From assembly GCA_024408505.1 (NCBI GenBank), contig JAKSUZ010000003.1, positions 14,668 to 78,667 on the forward strand: DNA of 64,000 bases, read 5' to 3'. Under the pieces are notes generated by a model. That model worked only from the letters and a program-made list of their open reading frames with translations. It was not told where the DNA came from and searched no databases. Source of the stretch: Bacilli bacterium. Its GTDB lineage: Bacteria; Bacillota_I; Bacilli_A; RFN20; CAG-826. The position numbers and the translations under genes are program-made. Below are positions 38,958 through 48,868 of this stretch, in pieces (the first letter of the stretch is position 1; the number at the start of each line of letters is the position of its first letter).

Positions 38958-41837
38958 ATGAAGAAAAATAAGTTATTTATTTTTATTTCCAGCTTTTTGT
39001 TCCTTTTGACTTCATGTGGTGGGGTTGCTCCTAAAGGCGATCCAGTAGTAACATTCGAAGGACTTGGCGGAACAATAGTGAGTGGTCCTGAGACAGTTTC
39101 TGTGCCTTCAGGTACTTTATGGAGCGATATTTCTAAACCTTATTTCACTAGGAATGATACAGTTTCGCTCTTTTTCACTTTAGTTCAAGATAATATTGCC
39201 TATACAGTTCCTAATACTTTCCCAGTATGCGCTGATTTAACCGTATTCGCCTATTATAGTGATACTCCATATCTTTCTAACCAAGTAGTCGTTATCGGAG
39301 ATAATATTGTCCCAACCACTCGTTCTTTTCCAAAAGACGATTTTACTCCAATGAACTTTGGATTAATTTATAAAGAAGGTTATCCAAAGGAAGAAACCAC
39401 TGCAATTTATGATCCTAATCAAGCGGATGTTTTATTAAGCGAAAATAAATTGGCTCTTACCGTCACTCCCAAAACCAACGATATGATTACAGTATTAATC
39501 GGGGAAGACGAGAACCAATTAGTAGTTGTATTTGATGGTAATGGCGGAACGGTTGATGGAAAACCGTATGTAGCCGTTACTGTTGATCCAGGTACTACAT
39601 TTGGCGACGTTACTAAACCAGAACCTAAACGCGGAGATGAGAAATTTGCGTGCTGGTCTTTCACTAATGATGGCAAATATCCAGTTTCTGACGAGTACGA
39701 AATTATTGGCCCAACCCCAGTGTATGCTTGTTATGAACAGGATATGCCTCCAGTCGAACAACCTTACACTATTACTGTGGATGGCGAAAATGTAACTGGC
39801 GGTGAAGCAACTTTCCCAGAAAGTGAAGATGGTAATTTTGGTGAATATGAGATTTCTTACACTATCGATGAAGGCTATGAATATTCAGGCATTGAATATG
39901 ATCCAAGTAAAGCCTATGTAGATGTTGATGATGAAAATCAAATCATACATGTAACTCCAAATGCGAATGAAGACATTAAAATCAAAATTGAGACTAAACC
40001 TATAGAGATTTATATTACGATTCATGGTAATGGCGGAAAAACTTCTTCTGGTAAAGAATCAGTTATTTTGACCGTTGACTATGGCACCAAATTCTTAGCA
40101 ATAGAAGGAAGAGGAGACTTCCCGGATTTTTTAAAGGACAATAAGTCACCTATCGGTTTTGCTTTTGATGAAGTGGGTGAACAAACTGTTAGCGATTCTT
40201 ATGCTTTTAAGGAAGATAAAACGATATATGCTCATTACGATACATTAGAGATTAAATTACTTGATGATAGTATGGTTGTTTATGGATCGACCGCAATTAC
40301 ATATTCATCTTTAACTCAAATTAGCGAAGTTACTGTTAATCCTAAAGATGCTGTTAGTTGTACAATCGATGAAGATACTAGTCGTATTATAGTTGATTCT
40401 CTTGATGATACTGCTAATTCAAATATAACAATTACTGTAAAAAATACTGCTGATACTGAAACTTGTAAATTAAGCGTTTATCATCCAGCTTCATTACAAC
40501 AAGCAAGTGAAGCGGTTGATTTCGCGCTCACAAGACAATTAGAAAGTTTTGATCTTACTTTCAATTATGATAATCAACAAACCGAAGATGAATTCTATAA
40601 AAACTCAGTAGAAACACGTGGATGTATATCAACATTAGGCGCTCAAGGTTGGCACACTGGTAGTGGTCAGACAATATCTTTTAAACCAGCCTATCGTTCT
40701 AATATGGGAACATCCATACATGAAATAACTGAAGCTGATGACAATTATTATAAAAATTTAAAGAATGCCGCTTTTGAAATGCGCAAGGTAGGTCATGTTG
40801 ATGCTACAAGTTTACCTATTGATAGCATTAGAAAGACCCTAGAAGTTCATAACTCAGAAGGTTTATTCTTTGCGCTTGAACATGGATTTAAACCAATATT
40901 TAAAGGCACAGATACACTTACCAACAACGCTAGTGCTATCTATACTTTAGCTTATGAAGCTTGCAAAACTACATATGATAGCAATAGTAAGGAATTTAAT
41001 AATGTTAGATATTTATATGATTGGTTAGTCGAGAACACTCATCGTGACTATTGGATTGATAGTACTGAAGGCCCATCAGATAAAAATAGTTACACTAGTT
41101 ATTATGCTGATGGAGTGTTTAGAAATAAAGGCGTTGCTACTAGTGATGGTTTTGCTAAAGCCTTTGTAATTATGGCTGGTATTGAAGGCTTACCAATCGT
41201 TCGCACTACTGGGACGTCAACTAGCGGAACTCATGCCTGGAACTATTATCGTAGTGGAGATAAGTGGTACTCTATTTGCCCAACTTGGTCACATGTTGAT
41301 AAATCTAAATCGACTGATGCTTTATTTGGTTATAATTTCTCGCATAATTCGTATCAACCATTTATGCGTTCTCGCAATTATTTCTATGATGATGTTTATG
41401 ACTATACATATAATTACTTATCCACTAGTGGAATGCCAGATGATGACATTAAAGCCATGGCGATTGCTCGTGCGGAAAAATATAATTACGTAGAAGGATT
41501 GTTTGGAGAATTAAATAAATCCACAACTGATTATATTACTGATAAGTCTATCAGTAGCATTTACCAATTAGATACTTTTAAAGTAGACGGACAAGAATAT
41601 AGCTTTAATATACAAAGTACTAATCAAGTTAAAAAGTTAGTTGAAGCATTACCTTCTTCTTTAGGAAATTTTGATTTTACGATTGATCTTTCTTACAACA
41701 TATCACAGAAGTATTACTACACTTTAGAAACAGAATTAAAGAATAAATTTAGTGTCGCTGATGTAAGTTATAGCGATAATCACGCCGGCAACTACAAAAA
41801 CGCTGAACTATATGTTTTAGTTAAACACGCACAATAG
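38958..41837 (+). CDS. Large surface lipoprotein with three alternating repeat modules (Listeria-Bacteroides Flg_new-like repeats) and a C-terminal transglutaminase-like domain
   Basis: Lipobox LLTSCGG. Repeats start VTFEGLGGTI..., VVFDGNGGTVDG... and ITIHGNGGKTSS... Core is GFAKAFVIMAGIEGLPIVR...GTHAWNYY. Confidence 0.8.
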   Translation: MKKNKLFIFISSFLFLLTSCGGVAPKGDPVVTFEGLGGTIVSGPETVSVPSGTLWSDISKPYFTRNDTVSLFFTLVQDNIAYTVPNTFPVCADLTVFAYYSDTPYLSNQVVVIGDNIVPTTRSFPKDDFTPMNFGLIYKEGYPKEETTAIYDPNQADVLLSENKLALTVTPKTNDMITVLIGEDENQLVVVFDGNGGTVDGKPYVAVTVDPGTTFGDVTKPEPKRGDEKFACWSFTNDGKYPVSDEYEIIGPTPVYACYEQDMPPVEQPYTITVDGENVTGGEATFPESEDGNFGEYEISYTIDEGYEYSGIEYDPSKAYVDVDDENQIIHVTPNANEDIKIKIETKPIEIYITIHGNGGKTSSGKESVILTVDYGTKFLAIEGRGDFPDFLKDNKSPIGFAFDEVGEQTVSDSYAFKEDKTIYAHYDTLEIKLLDDSMVVYGSTAITYSSLTQISEVTVNPKDAVSCTIDEDTSRIIVDSLDDTANSNITITVKNTADTETCKLSVYHPASLQQASEAVDFALTRQLESFDLTFNYDNQQTEDEFYKNSVETRGCISTLGAQGWHTGSGQTISFKPAYRSNMGTSIHEITEADDNYYKNLKNAAFEMRKVGHVDATSLPIDSIRKTLEVHNSEGLFFALEHGFKPIFKGTDTLTNNASAIYTLAYEACKTTYDSNSKEFNNVRYLYDWLVENTHRDYWIDSTEGPSDKNSYTSYYADGVFRNKGVATSDGFAKAFVIMAGIEGLPIVRTTGTSTSGTHAWNYYRSGDKWYSICPTWSHVDKSKSTDALFGYNFSHNSYQPFMRSRNYFYDDVYDYTYNYLSTSGMPDDDIKAMAIARAEKYNYVEGLFGELNKSTTDYITDKSISSIYQLDTFKVDGQEYSFNIQSTNQVKKLVEALPSSLGNFDFTIDLSYNISQKYYYTLETELKNKFSVADVSYSDNHAGNYKNAELYVLVKHAQ

Positions 41838-41850
41838 CGGAGAACAAATT

Positions 41851-42522
41851 ATGGAAAATAAATTAGTGCGGATTGCGATTGATGGTCCAGCCGCAGCGGG
41901 TAAATCTACGATTGCTAAAATCATTGCTAAGAAATTAGGTTATACCTATATGGATACTGGAGCGATGTATCGCTGCGTTACCTGGTATTGCATGAATAAA
42001 GGTATAAACTGCCAAGATCAAAAAGCATGCGAAGCAGTCGTAAATGATATTAAGATTGATTTAAAACCAGACAATACTGTTTTGTGTAATGGCACTGATG
42101 TCACACGTGCGATTAGAACGCCTGATGTAAATGCAAATGTTTCTTATATTGCAGCCATGAAAGGTATTCGTTTAGTCTTATCTGGACTTCAAAAAGAATT
42201 TGCCAAGACTCATTCAGTAGTTATGGATGGTCGTGATATTGGTACTTATGTTATTCCAGATGCCGAAGTTAAAATCTTTATGATTGCCTCGGTTGAATGT
42301 CGCGCGCAAAGAAGATATAAAGAAAACATGGAGAAAAATATTCCATGCACGATTGAAGATATTAGAGAAGATGTTAAGAAAAGAGATTACATTGATTCCC
42401 ATCGTGATTTTGCACCATTAAAGAAAGCGGATGATGCAATAGAATTAGACACTTCACCATTAACCATCCCACAAGTTGTGGATGCCATGATGAAAATTAT
42501 TAATCAAAAACTAGGAGCATAA
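41851..42522 (+). CDS. cmk: Cytidylate kinase
   Basis: IAIDGPAAAGKST P-loop and DTGAMYR motif. Confidence 0.95.
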   Translation: MENKLVRIAIDGPAAAGKSTIAKIIAKKLGYTYMDTGAMYRCVTWYCMNKGINCQDQKACEAVVNDIKIDLKPDNTVLCNGTDVTRAIRTPDVNANVSYIAAMKGIRLVLSGLQKEFAKTHSVVMDGRDIGTYVIPDAEVKIFMIASVECRAQRRYKENMEKNIPCTIEDIREDVKKRDYIDSHRDFAPLKKADDAIELDTSPLTIPQVVDAMMKIINQKLGA

Positions 42523-42523
42523 T

Positions 42524-43828
42524 ATGTCCTTAGGAGTCGTTGCGATTGTTGGTTCGCCAAACGTCGGTAAATCGACTCTTTTTAATCGTATCGTAGGATC
42601 TCGTTCGGCGATTGTAGATAATACACCTGGTATTACTCGTGACCGTTTATATCAAAAAGCCACTTGGTTAACTAAAGATTTCTATCTAATTGATACGGGC
42701 GGTATTGAATTAAAGAACCGTCCTTTCCAAGAAGAGATTAGAACTCAAGCTGAAATCGCAATTAAAGAAGCGGATCTAATTATTTTTGTCGCTGATGCAA
42801 AGCTTGGTTTAACGGGTGATGATAAATTAGTGGCTAGAATGTTATATAAATGTAAGAAACCGATTATTTTAGCAGTTAATAAAGTTGATAGTATTGAAAA
42901 GATTGATGAAGCTAGTGAATTCTATGCTTTAGGATTAGGCGATCCATTACCAATTTCAAGTGAACACGGAATTGGTGTAGGCGATTTACTTGATAAAGTT
43001 GTAAAGATGCTTCCTAATCGCAAAGATAAAGATTATAAAGATGCCATTAAGTTTTCAATTATTGGAAGACCAAATGTTGGTAAATCAACTTTAGTAAACG
43101 CTTTAGTAGGAGAGAACCGCGTTATCGTTTCTAACATTAGCGGAACGACTCGTGATGCAACTGATACAAAATTTACCCACAATCAACAAGACTACGTGGT
43201 AATTGATACCTCTGGACTTAAGAAACGCGGTAAGATTTTTGAATCCATTGATAAATATTCAGCCTTAAGAACTTTGAAAGCAATTGATCGTGCGGATATC
43301 GCGTTATTTTTAATTGACGCTAGTGTGGGTATTACTGAACAAGATAAACATGTTGTCGGATACGCTCACGATGCTCATAAAGCGATTATCTTCTTAGTTA
43401 ACAAGTGGGATATTAAAAAGAAAGAGCTTGAAGCGAATAGTTTTATTAAAGAAGTAAAGAAACAATTTAAGTTCCTTGATTATTCAAATGTCTTATTCAT
43501 TAGTGCGCTTAAAAAGAGCAATATTGAGAAAGTCTTTAATGAAATTAAACAAACGCATGAAAGTTTTAATAAACGGGTTAAAACTTCAGTCTTAAACGAT
43601 GTCGTTTTAGATGCTGTTCAAATGAATGAATCGCCTGATTTTAAGGGTGGTAGACTAAAAGTCTACTATGCTGAGCAAATTAGCGTGGCTCCACCTACTT
43701 TTGTCTTCTTTGTAAATAACCCTTCTTACGCGCATTTCTCTTATCTGCGTTACCTAGAAAACCGCTTAAGAGAGGCGTTTTCTTACCAAAATGTGCCACT
43801 AAAAATGGTCTTAAGACGTAAAAATTAG
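42524..43828 (+). CDS. der: Ribosome-associated GTPase Der (EngA)
   Basis: Two G domains (GSPNVGKST, GRPNVGKST) plus a KH-like C-terminus. Confidence 0.95.
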   Translation: MSLGVVAIVGSPNVGKSTLFNRIVGSRSAIVDNTPGITRDRLYQKATWLTKDFYLIDTGGIELKNRPFQEEIRTQAEIAIKEADLIIFVADAKLGLTGDDKLVARMLYKCKKPIILAVNKVDSIEKIDEASEFYALGLGDPLPISSEHGIGVGDLLDKVVKMLPNRKDKDYKDAIKFSIIGRPNVGKSTLVNALVGENRVIVSNISGTTRDATDTKFTHNQQDYVVIDTSGLKKRGKIFESIDKYSALRTLKAIDRADIALFLIDASVGITEQDKHVVGYAHDAHKAIIFLVNKWDIKKKELEANSFIKEVKKQFKFLDYSNVLFISALKKSNIEKVFNEIKQTHESFNKRVKTSVLNDVVLDAVQMNESPDFKGGRLKVYYAEQISVAPPTFVFFVNNPSYAHFSYLRYLENRLREAFSYQNVPLKMVLRRKN

Positions 43829-43894
43829 CTAAATAATTAGCTTTTTAAGTAAATATTACTTAGTACCCGTTTTTTGTTAAAGTGCCGAAAATAC

Positions 43895-43922
43895 TTGCAA
43901 AAATGGGCATTTGTGATAGATT
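43895..43922 (+). promoter_or_regulatory. Promoter of hup
   Basis: TTGCAA, 16 nt spacer, TGaTAGATT (extended -10). Confidence 0.5.
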
Positions 43923-43954
43923 ATATGGTAGCTTAATTAAGCAAAGGAGAAATT

Positions 43955-44224
43955 ATGAATAAAGCTGAATTAATCGAAGCAATTGCCGCAAAAGGCAAAT
44001 GCTCAAAGAGCGAGGCAGAAAAAGGCCTTAACGTTGTCCTTGAAGTTATGGGCGCTGCACTCAAGAAAGGCGAAGAAATCGCTATTGCCGGTGCTGGCAA
44101 ATTTGTCGTGAAGAAGAGAGCTGCTCGTAAGGGTATCAATCCTCTCACCAAGAAGCCAATCACTATCAAGGCGAGCAAGACTGTTGCTTTCAAGCCTTCC
44201 AAGACTTTAAAAGAAGCTCTTTAA
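43955..44224 (+). CDS. hup: DNA-binding protein HU
   Basis: MNKAELIEAIA... and RKGINPLTKKPITIKASK arm, 89 aa. The antisense 43933..44202 ORF is spurious. Confidence 0.95.
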   Translation: MNKAELIEAIAAKGKCSKSEAEKGLNVVLEVMGAALKKGEEIAIAGAGKFVVKKRAARKGINPLTKKPITIKASKTVAFKPSKTLKEAL

Positions 44225-44247
44225 TCTTTTAAATCAGATTTAAGAAA

Positions 44248-44275
44248 AGGAACCGCTTCGGCGGTTCTTTTTTTG
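44248..44275 (+). terminator. Rho-independent terminator after hup
   Basis: GAACCGC-TTCG-GCGGTTC (UUCG tetraloop) followed by T7. Confidence 0.9.
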
Positions 44276-44290
44276 TGCTATATTACTTTT

Positions 44291-44887
44291 ATGGATTTAT
44301 CTTGTTTCTTTTCTCTAGCGGACTTATTTAAGAAGCATGGTTATCATCTATATCTAACCGGTGGTTCTGCGCGCGATTATCTTCTTAAGCGTGATTTTGT
44401 TGATTTTGATCTAACTACCGATGCGACGCCTAATGAGATGAAAGAGTTTATGCCTGAGTTAGACTATACATACGCTAGATTTGGAAATGTACATGGTAAG
44501 CATTTAGATATTACGACTTTAAGAGTAGAAGGCGATTATCAAGACTATCGTCATCCTAGTGTTGTGAAGTTTACCACCAAATTAGAAGAAGATTACTTAA
44601 GACGTGATTTTACTATTAATGCTCTTTATATTGATATGAATCTAAAAGTTTATGATTATTGTCACGGATTAGATGATTTAAACAATAAGGTTATTCGTTT
44701 TATTGGTGACCCAGTTAAACGAGTTAAGGAAGATCCACTTAGAATACTAAGAGCGGAGAGATTCGCTAAGAAGTTAGGCTTTATAATTGAGCCAAATTCC
44801 TTAAAAGCAATGAATAGTAATAAGCGTTTATTAGAGAAATTAAATAGTAACAAAATAAAGGAAGAAATAAGAAAACACAATTTCTAA
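44291..44887 (+). CDS. Half-size class II nucleotidyltransferase (CCA-adding enzyme / poly(A) polymerase head-neck only)
   Basis: GGSARD...DFD, RRDFTINA and EDPLRILRAERFA motifs. Only about 198 aa. Start taken at ATG 44291. Confidence 0.75.
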   Translation: MDLSCFFSLADLFKKHGYHLYLTGGSARDYLLKRDFVDFDLTTDATPNEMKEFMPELDYTYARFGNVHGKHLDITTLRVEGDYQDYRHPSVVKFTTKLEEDYLRRDFTINALYIDMNLKVYDYCHGLDDLNNKVIRFIGDPVKRVKEDPLRILRAERFAKKLGFIIEPNSLKAMNSNKRLLEKLNSNKIKEEIRKHNF

Positions 44888-44914
44888 AAGAAATGTGTTA
44901 ATATATTTATCCCT

Positions 44915-45565
44915 ATGAGCAATAACATTGTCTTAGCTATTAACTTTGAATATACGCTTATGGAATTCTATAAGTCGCTTTCTTTAAACGAAAATGATGT
45001 CGCAGTTATTTTCATGGTGAAACATTTAATTGAACAAAAGAATACATTAATTACTGCAGACTTATTAGCGATTAAGATGAAATTAACTTCTAATGAAATT
45101 GATCTTATTTTAGTGAATCTAATGAAGAAGGGTTATTTAGCGTATAAACAAACTTCTAAAGGCTTAGTGACTTCCTTAGAACCATTAGAGGAGAAGCTAA
45201 GTAAGATGTATCAAATGGAAATCGCGAAAGACGCCTCTAAACGTTTTAATGAAGAAAGTTTAAAAGCAATGAAGAACATTTACGAAGTGTTTGAAAGAGA
45301 ATTAGGAAGAACCTTATCACCAGTCGAATTGTCGCTTATTGATGAGTGGGTAAATAATGGAATAAGCGAAACGGATGTTATTAATGCGCTTCACGAAGCG
45401 ATTCATAAAAAGAAAACATCATTAAAAGCGGTTGATAAGATTTTAATGAAATGGCAAACTAGAAAAGATATAGAAGAAGAAGGTCATTCCGCGATTACGG
45501 AGACCTGGAAGAAAGGTATTAATGAAACAATTAATATTGCACAAAAGAAATGGAGTGATAAATAA
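44915..45565 (+). CDS. dnaD: DnaD-domain replication initiation/primosome protein
   Basis: C-terminal DnaD-like repeat ...LSPVELSLIDEWV... Confidence 0.65.
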   Translation: MSNNIVLAINFEYTLMEFYKSLSLNENDVAVIFMVKHLIEQKNTLITADLLAIKMKLTSNEIDLILVNLMKKGYLAYKQTSKGLVTSLEPLEEKLSKMYQMEIAKDASKRFNEESLKAMKNIYEVFERELGRTLSPVELSLIDEWVNNGISETDVINALHEAIHKKKTSLKAVDKILMKWQTRKDIEEEGHSAITETWKKGINETINIAQKKWSDK

Positions 45566-45567
45566 GT

Positions 45568-45912
45568 ATGTTTTGTAACATGTATTTAGTCCCGTTTAAT
45601 TTCGTGGACAAGAAAGAAATTAAATTTCCCAAGGATTATAAAAAGAAATTTAAAGAATTTAAAACCGGTAATGACATCTTAGTAGCGTATGCGGAAACGA
45701 TGATGATTATGCAACGCTGGGAGAAACTCGCTAGTAAAAAGAAAACGAAGAATTCTTTAATGAAAAAAGTAGCTAAGATTCGTGATCAATTATATAAAGA
45801 GTGTTTTACAACCCCTCATCAAAGCATTATGTTCCATAGTCCAGCGATGACGGAACAGTTTAATTACATCTATTATTTAACTCTTACTTCTTTAAAAGAA
45901 TTAGAGAAGTAA
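45568..45912 (+). CDS. Hypothetical protein
   Basis: 114-aa ORF tightly coupled to the DnaD-like gene, no motif recognised. Confidence 0.5.
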   Translation: MFCNMYLVPFNFVDKKEIKFPKDYKKKFKEFKTGNDILVAYAETMMIMQRWEKLASKKKTKNSLMKKVAKIRDQLYKECFTTPHQSIMFHSPAMTEQFNYIYYLTLTSLKELEK

Positions 45913-45957
45913 TGATAGTTTTTAAGTTATAATTAACTTAACAAGGAGATTTTTGTT

Positions 45958-47364
45958 ATGGATTGGAGTAAAGAGAAAGTACATAGTATTGTCGAAAAAC
46001 AAAGAATATTCTTTAAAAGCGGAAAAACTTTAGATATTAAGTTTCGTAAAGAACAACTTAAGAAACTAAAAGCGATGATTATTAAAAATCAAAAAGCGAT
46101 GGAAGAAGCACTTCATCAAGATTTAAATCGCGCACCTTTAGAAGCTTATATGTGTGATATTGGAGCGGTTATTTCTGAATTAAATGAAACCTTACATTGT
46201 TTATCACGTTGGGCAAGACCAGAGCATCATTTCTCAGACTTTGCTTGTTTCCCATCAATGTTCACTAAAGTTTATAAGATGCCTTATGGTGTATCTTTAA
46301 TCGTTTCACCATTTAACTTCCCGTTTTTATTATCATTAGGAGTTTTAGTCGCAGCCATTAGCGGTGGCAACACTGCAGTTATTAAAGCCTCATCTAAATC
46401 TAAATATTGCACCGAATTAATGCAAAAGATGATAGCCGAAACATTCCCAGAAGATTATGTAACCGTAATTGATGGCGGTCATGATGTCGCAGATTGGTGT
46501 CTTGAAGAAAGATTCGATAAGATTTTCTATACTGGTTCACCTAAAGTAGGTATCCATGTTATGGAATGCGCCGCCAAGAACTTAACTCCAGTCGCGCTTG
46601 AGCTAGGTGGAGAAAATGGTAACTGGTGTATTGTTAGAAAAGACGCTGATATTAAAGATGCAGCTAGAAAGATTGCTTTCTTTAAGATTTGTAACAGTGG
46701 TCAAATTTGTATCAACATTAACCAAGTAGCAGTCGCTAGTGAAATCGCGGATGAATTTGTTAAAGAATTAAAAGCAGCCATGATTAAACAAATCGGTGAA
46801 GATGCAGTTAATAATCCAGAATATGCAAAACTAATTGCACGTAGTGCATATGATTGGTGCGCAAAAGAAGCGGATGAATATCGTGATCGAATTGTGTTTG
46901 GTGGGTTTGGTAATCCTGAAACGCAAAAATATAATCCAACGATTATTTATCCAGTTGATATCGACGAGAAGATTTGTAATCACGAATTATTCTCACCATT
47001 ATTACCAGTTGTTAAATTTAATGATAGCGAAATTGATTCATTATTAAATACCATCGCTAATCGTGAACATGGTTTAGCCTTATATCTATTTACTAAAGAT
47101 ATGAAGTGGGCAAAGAAAGTTATGCGTTCACAACAATATGGTGGCGGTTGTGTTAATGAAGTCTGTATTCACTTATTAGTGAAAGGCGTTCCATTTAATG
47201 GTACCGGTCATTCTGGTATGGGCGCTTATCATGGTGTGTGGGGATTCCGTGAGTTCACTCATCCATCAACCGTTTTATTTGGCAAAACAAAATGTAATCT
47301 AGATCTTCGTGAACATCCATTTAACGATACGAAATCTAAATTAATGCACAAATTTATTAAGTAA
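45958..47364 (+). CDS. NAD(P)+-dependent aldehyde dehydrogenase (class 3-like)
   Basis: ELGGENG and catalytic-Cys region FKICNSGQICI, 468 aa. Confidence 0.85.
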   Translation: MDWSKEKVHSIVEKQRIFFKSGKTLDIKFRKEQLKKLKAMIIKNQKAMEEALHQDLNRAPLEAYMCDIGAVISELNETLHCLSRWARPEHHFSDFACFPSMFTKVYKMPYGVSLIVSPFNFPFLLSLGVLVAAISGGNTAVIKASSKSKYCTELMQKMIAETFPEDYVTVIDGGHDVADWCLEERFDKIFYTGSPKVGIHVMECAAKNLTPVALELGGENGNWCIVRKDADIKDAARKIAFFKICNSGQICININQVAVASEIADEFVKELKAAMIKQIGEDAVNNPEYAKLIARSAYDWCAKEADEYRDRIVFGGFGNPETQKYNPTIIYPVDIDEKICNHELFSPLLPVVKFNDSEIDSLLNTIANREHGLALYLFTKDMKWAKKVMRSQQYGGGCVNEVCIHLLVKGVPFNGTGHSGMGAYHGVWGFREFTHPSTVLFGKTKCNLDLREHPFNDTKSKLMHKFIK

Positions 47365-47949
47365 TTACTTTATATACTTATCAACAATTTCTAAATAGTG
47401 ATATATCGGACAGAAGCCCAGTTTAATTAAGTGACCATATTTTCTAACATCACTTAATGGAATTGATTTACGTTTTTCTTTTCGATAATAATCAATCACA
47501 TATTTTGCGTTTAAATAATACACTTCGTGTAGGCTTGCGAATTCAATTAAAAAGAATGCAATGCCTTTATGTTTAATAACTCTTTCTAAGTGTTTAATTT
47601 GATGAGGCGTGATGTTATTAAGCGGGAACGATGTTTTAATCTTTGTGCTCTTAGCTTCAAAGTCTAGATAATAACCTTTGTATACTCCGTTATAGTCAGT
47701 GGTAGATTGTTTTTCAAAATAAGCCGAAGTAATTTTCGCTTTCTTTGTGTAATCAACTTTCACTACATTAATTGGTGTTGGTCTTTTAGTAATAACTGCA
47801 ATATCACGTTCAATATAAAATTCATTGCTCTTATTAATTGCATCTTCAAAAGCCATCCCACGATTAGATGCGCTCGCAAGATGTCGATGTTTCTTAACTG
47901 CTTTTTGTTTAGTGACAAACTCACTACCGTTTGGATACTTGATCATCAA
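47365..47949 (-). CDS. recU: Holliday junction resolvase RecU
   Basis: NRGMAFEDAIN ... DYNGVYKGYYLDFEAKST motifs. Confidence 0.9.
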   Translation of the reverse strand: MMIKYPNGSEFVTKQKAVKKHRHLASASNRGMAFEDAINKSNEFYIERDIAVITKRPTPINVVKVDYTKKAKITSAYFEKQSTTDYNGVYKGYYLDFEAKSTKIKTSFPLNNITPHQIKHLERVIKHKGIAFFLIEFASLHEVYYLNAKYVIDYYRKEKRKSIPLSDVRKYGHLIKLGFCPIYHYLEIVDKYIK

Positions 47950-48790
47950 TTATATTATAAATCTCATTACGGACTTTTTGGTTCTCTTCTTTATCTTTAA
48001 TGCCAAGTAGATGCAGTGTAGCATTAAAAGTCCTTTCTTTTAAATCTTCAACTGCTGCACTTCTTTCTAATGATTTATTAATTAAAAGCGGTTCGCCAAT
48101 GCTAATAGTTGCGCAAGCGCTCTTCTTAAATAAACGATATAAACCTTTAGGCTCTCTAAATCTAACTCCCATTGGTAGGATTGGTAAATCAAAGTCATAC
48201 GCTAAAGTAAAAGCACCTTTATGGAATTCACGTAAGCATGGATAAAGTGGCCAACTCGCAGCCTCGGGATAAATATGAAGCCATTTATCTTCTTTTAAAA
48301 CTTCTCTCATCTCACGATAAGAATAAGCAATTCCTTTCATGTCATCTCTTGGGACGACTAATCCAACTGTTCTTCTAAACATCATGCCTTTCTTTGATTC
48401 CGCTCCTTCTTGCCACATTGGGATAATTGGAGTCTTATGTCTAGTAGAACTAATCATAATAAAATCGGTCGCTACGGTATGATTACAAGTACTAATCATC
48501 GCTTTGCGATTACCGTTTAATTTGAAATACTTTTTAATGTTTTCTTTTCCTTTAACTTTTAATCCGTACATTACCTTAACACCAGGAGCGCCAATCCAAA
48601 GAATTATTCGTTGTAGCCAAAAACCTAAGAATTTATTCCACGGATCTTTTAGACGATAAGGAAAATTTTTATCATAAACATAATCGTATTTTTTGGGATA
48701 TATCACCATATGTTGTTTATCAACATGTGGATATTTTAATTTACTATTATGAAGATAAACATCTCCAAAGTAATGGTTGTTATATTTCAT
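47924..48790 (-). CDS. Lysophospholipid / 1-acyl-sn-glycerol-3-phosphate acyltransferase family protein
   Basis: H-x4-D motif NHTVATD and YPEAASW block. Confidence 0.7.
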   Translation of the reverse strand: MKYNNHYFGDVYLHNSKLKYPHVDKQHMVIYPKKYDYVYDKNFPYRLKDPWNKFLGFWLQRIILWIGAPGVKVMYGLKVKGKENIKKYFKLNGNRKAMISTCNHTVATDFIMISSTRHKTPIIPMWQEGAESKKGMMFRRTVGLVVPRDDMKGIAYSYREMREVLKEDKWLHIYPEAASWPLYPCLREFHKGAFTLAYDFDLPILPMGVRFREPKGLYRLFKKSACATISIGEPLLINKSLERSAAVEDLKERTFNATLHLLGIKDKEENQKVRNEIYNIIDDQVSKR

Positions 48791-48833
48791 AATTTTCCTT
48801 AATGATTATAACATAGTTATAAAAGAAACACTT

Positions 48834-48862
48834 TTGCAATTAATGTTTAATTAATGTAAGAT
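48834..48862 (+). promoter_or_regulatory. Promoter of rnpB
   Basis: TTGCAA (48834-48839), 17 nt spacer, TAAGAT (48857-48862). The P1 helix starts about 8 nt later. Confidence 0.7.
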
Positions 48863-48868
48863 AGATTT

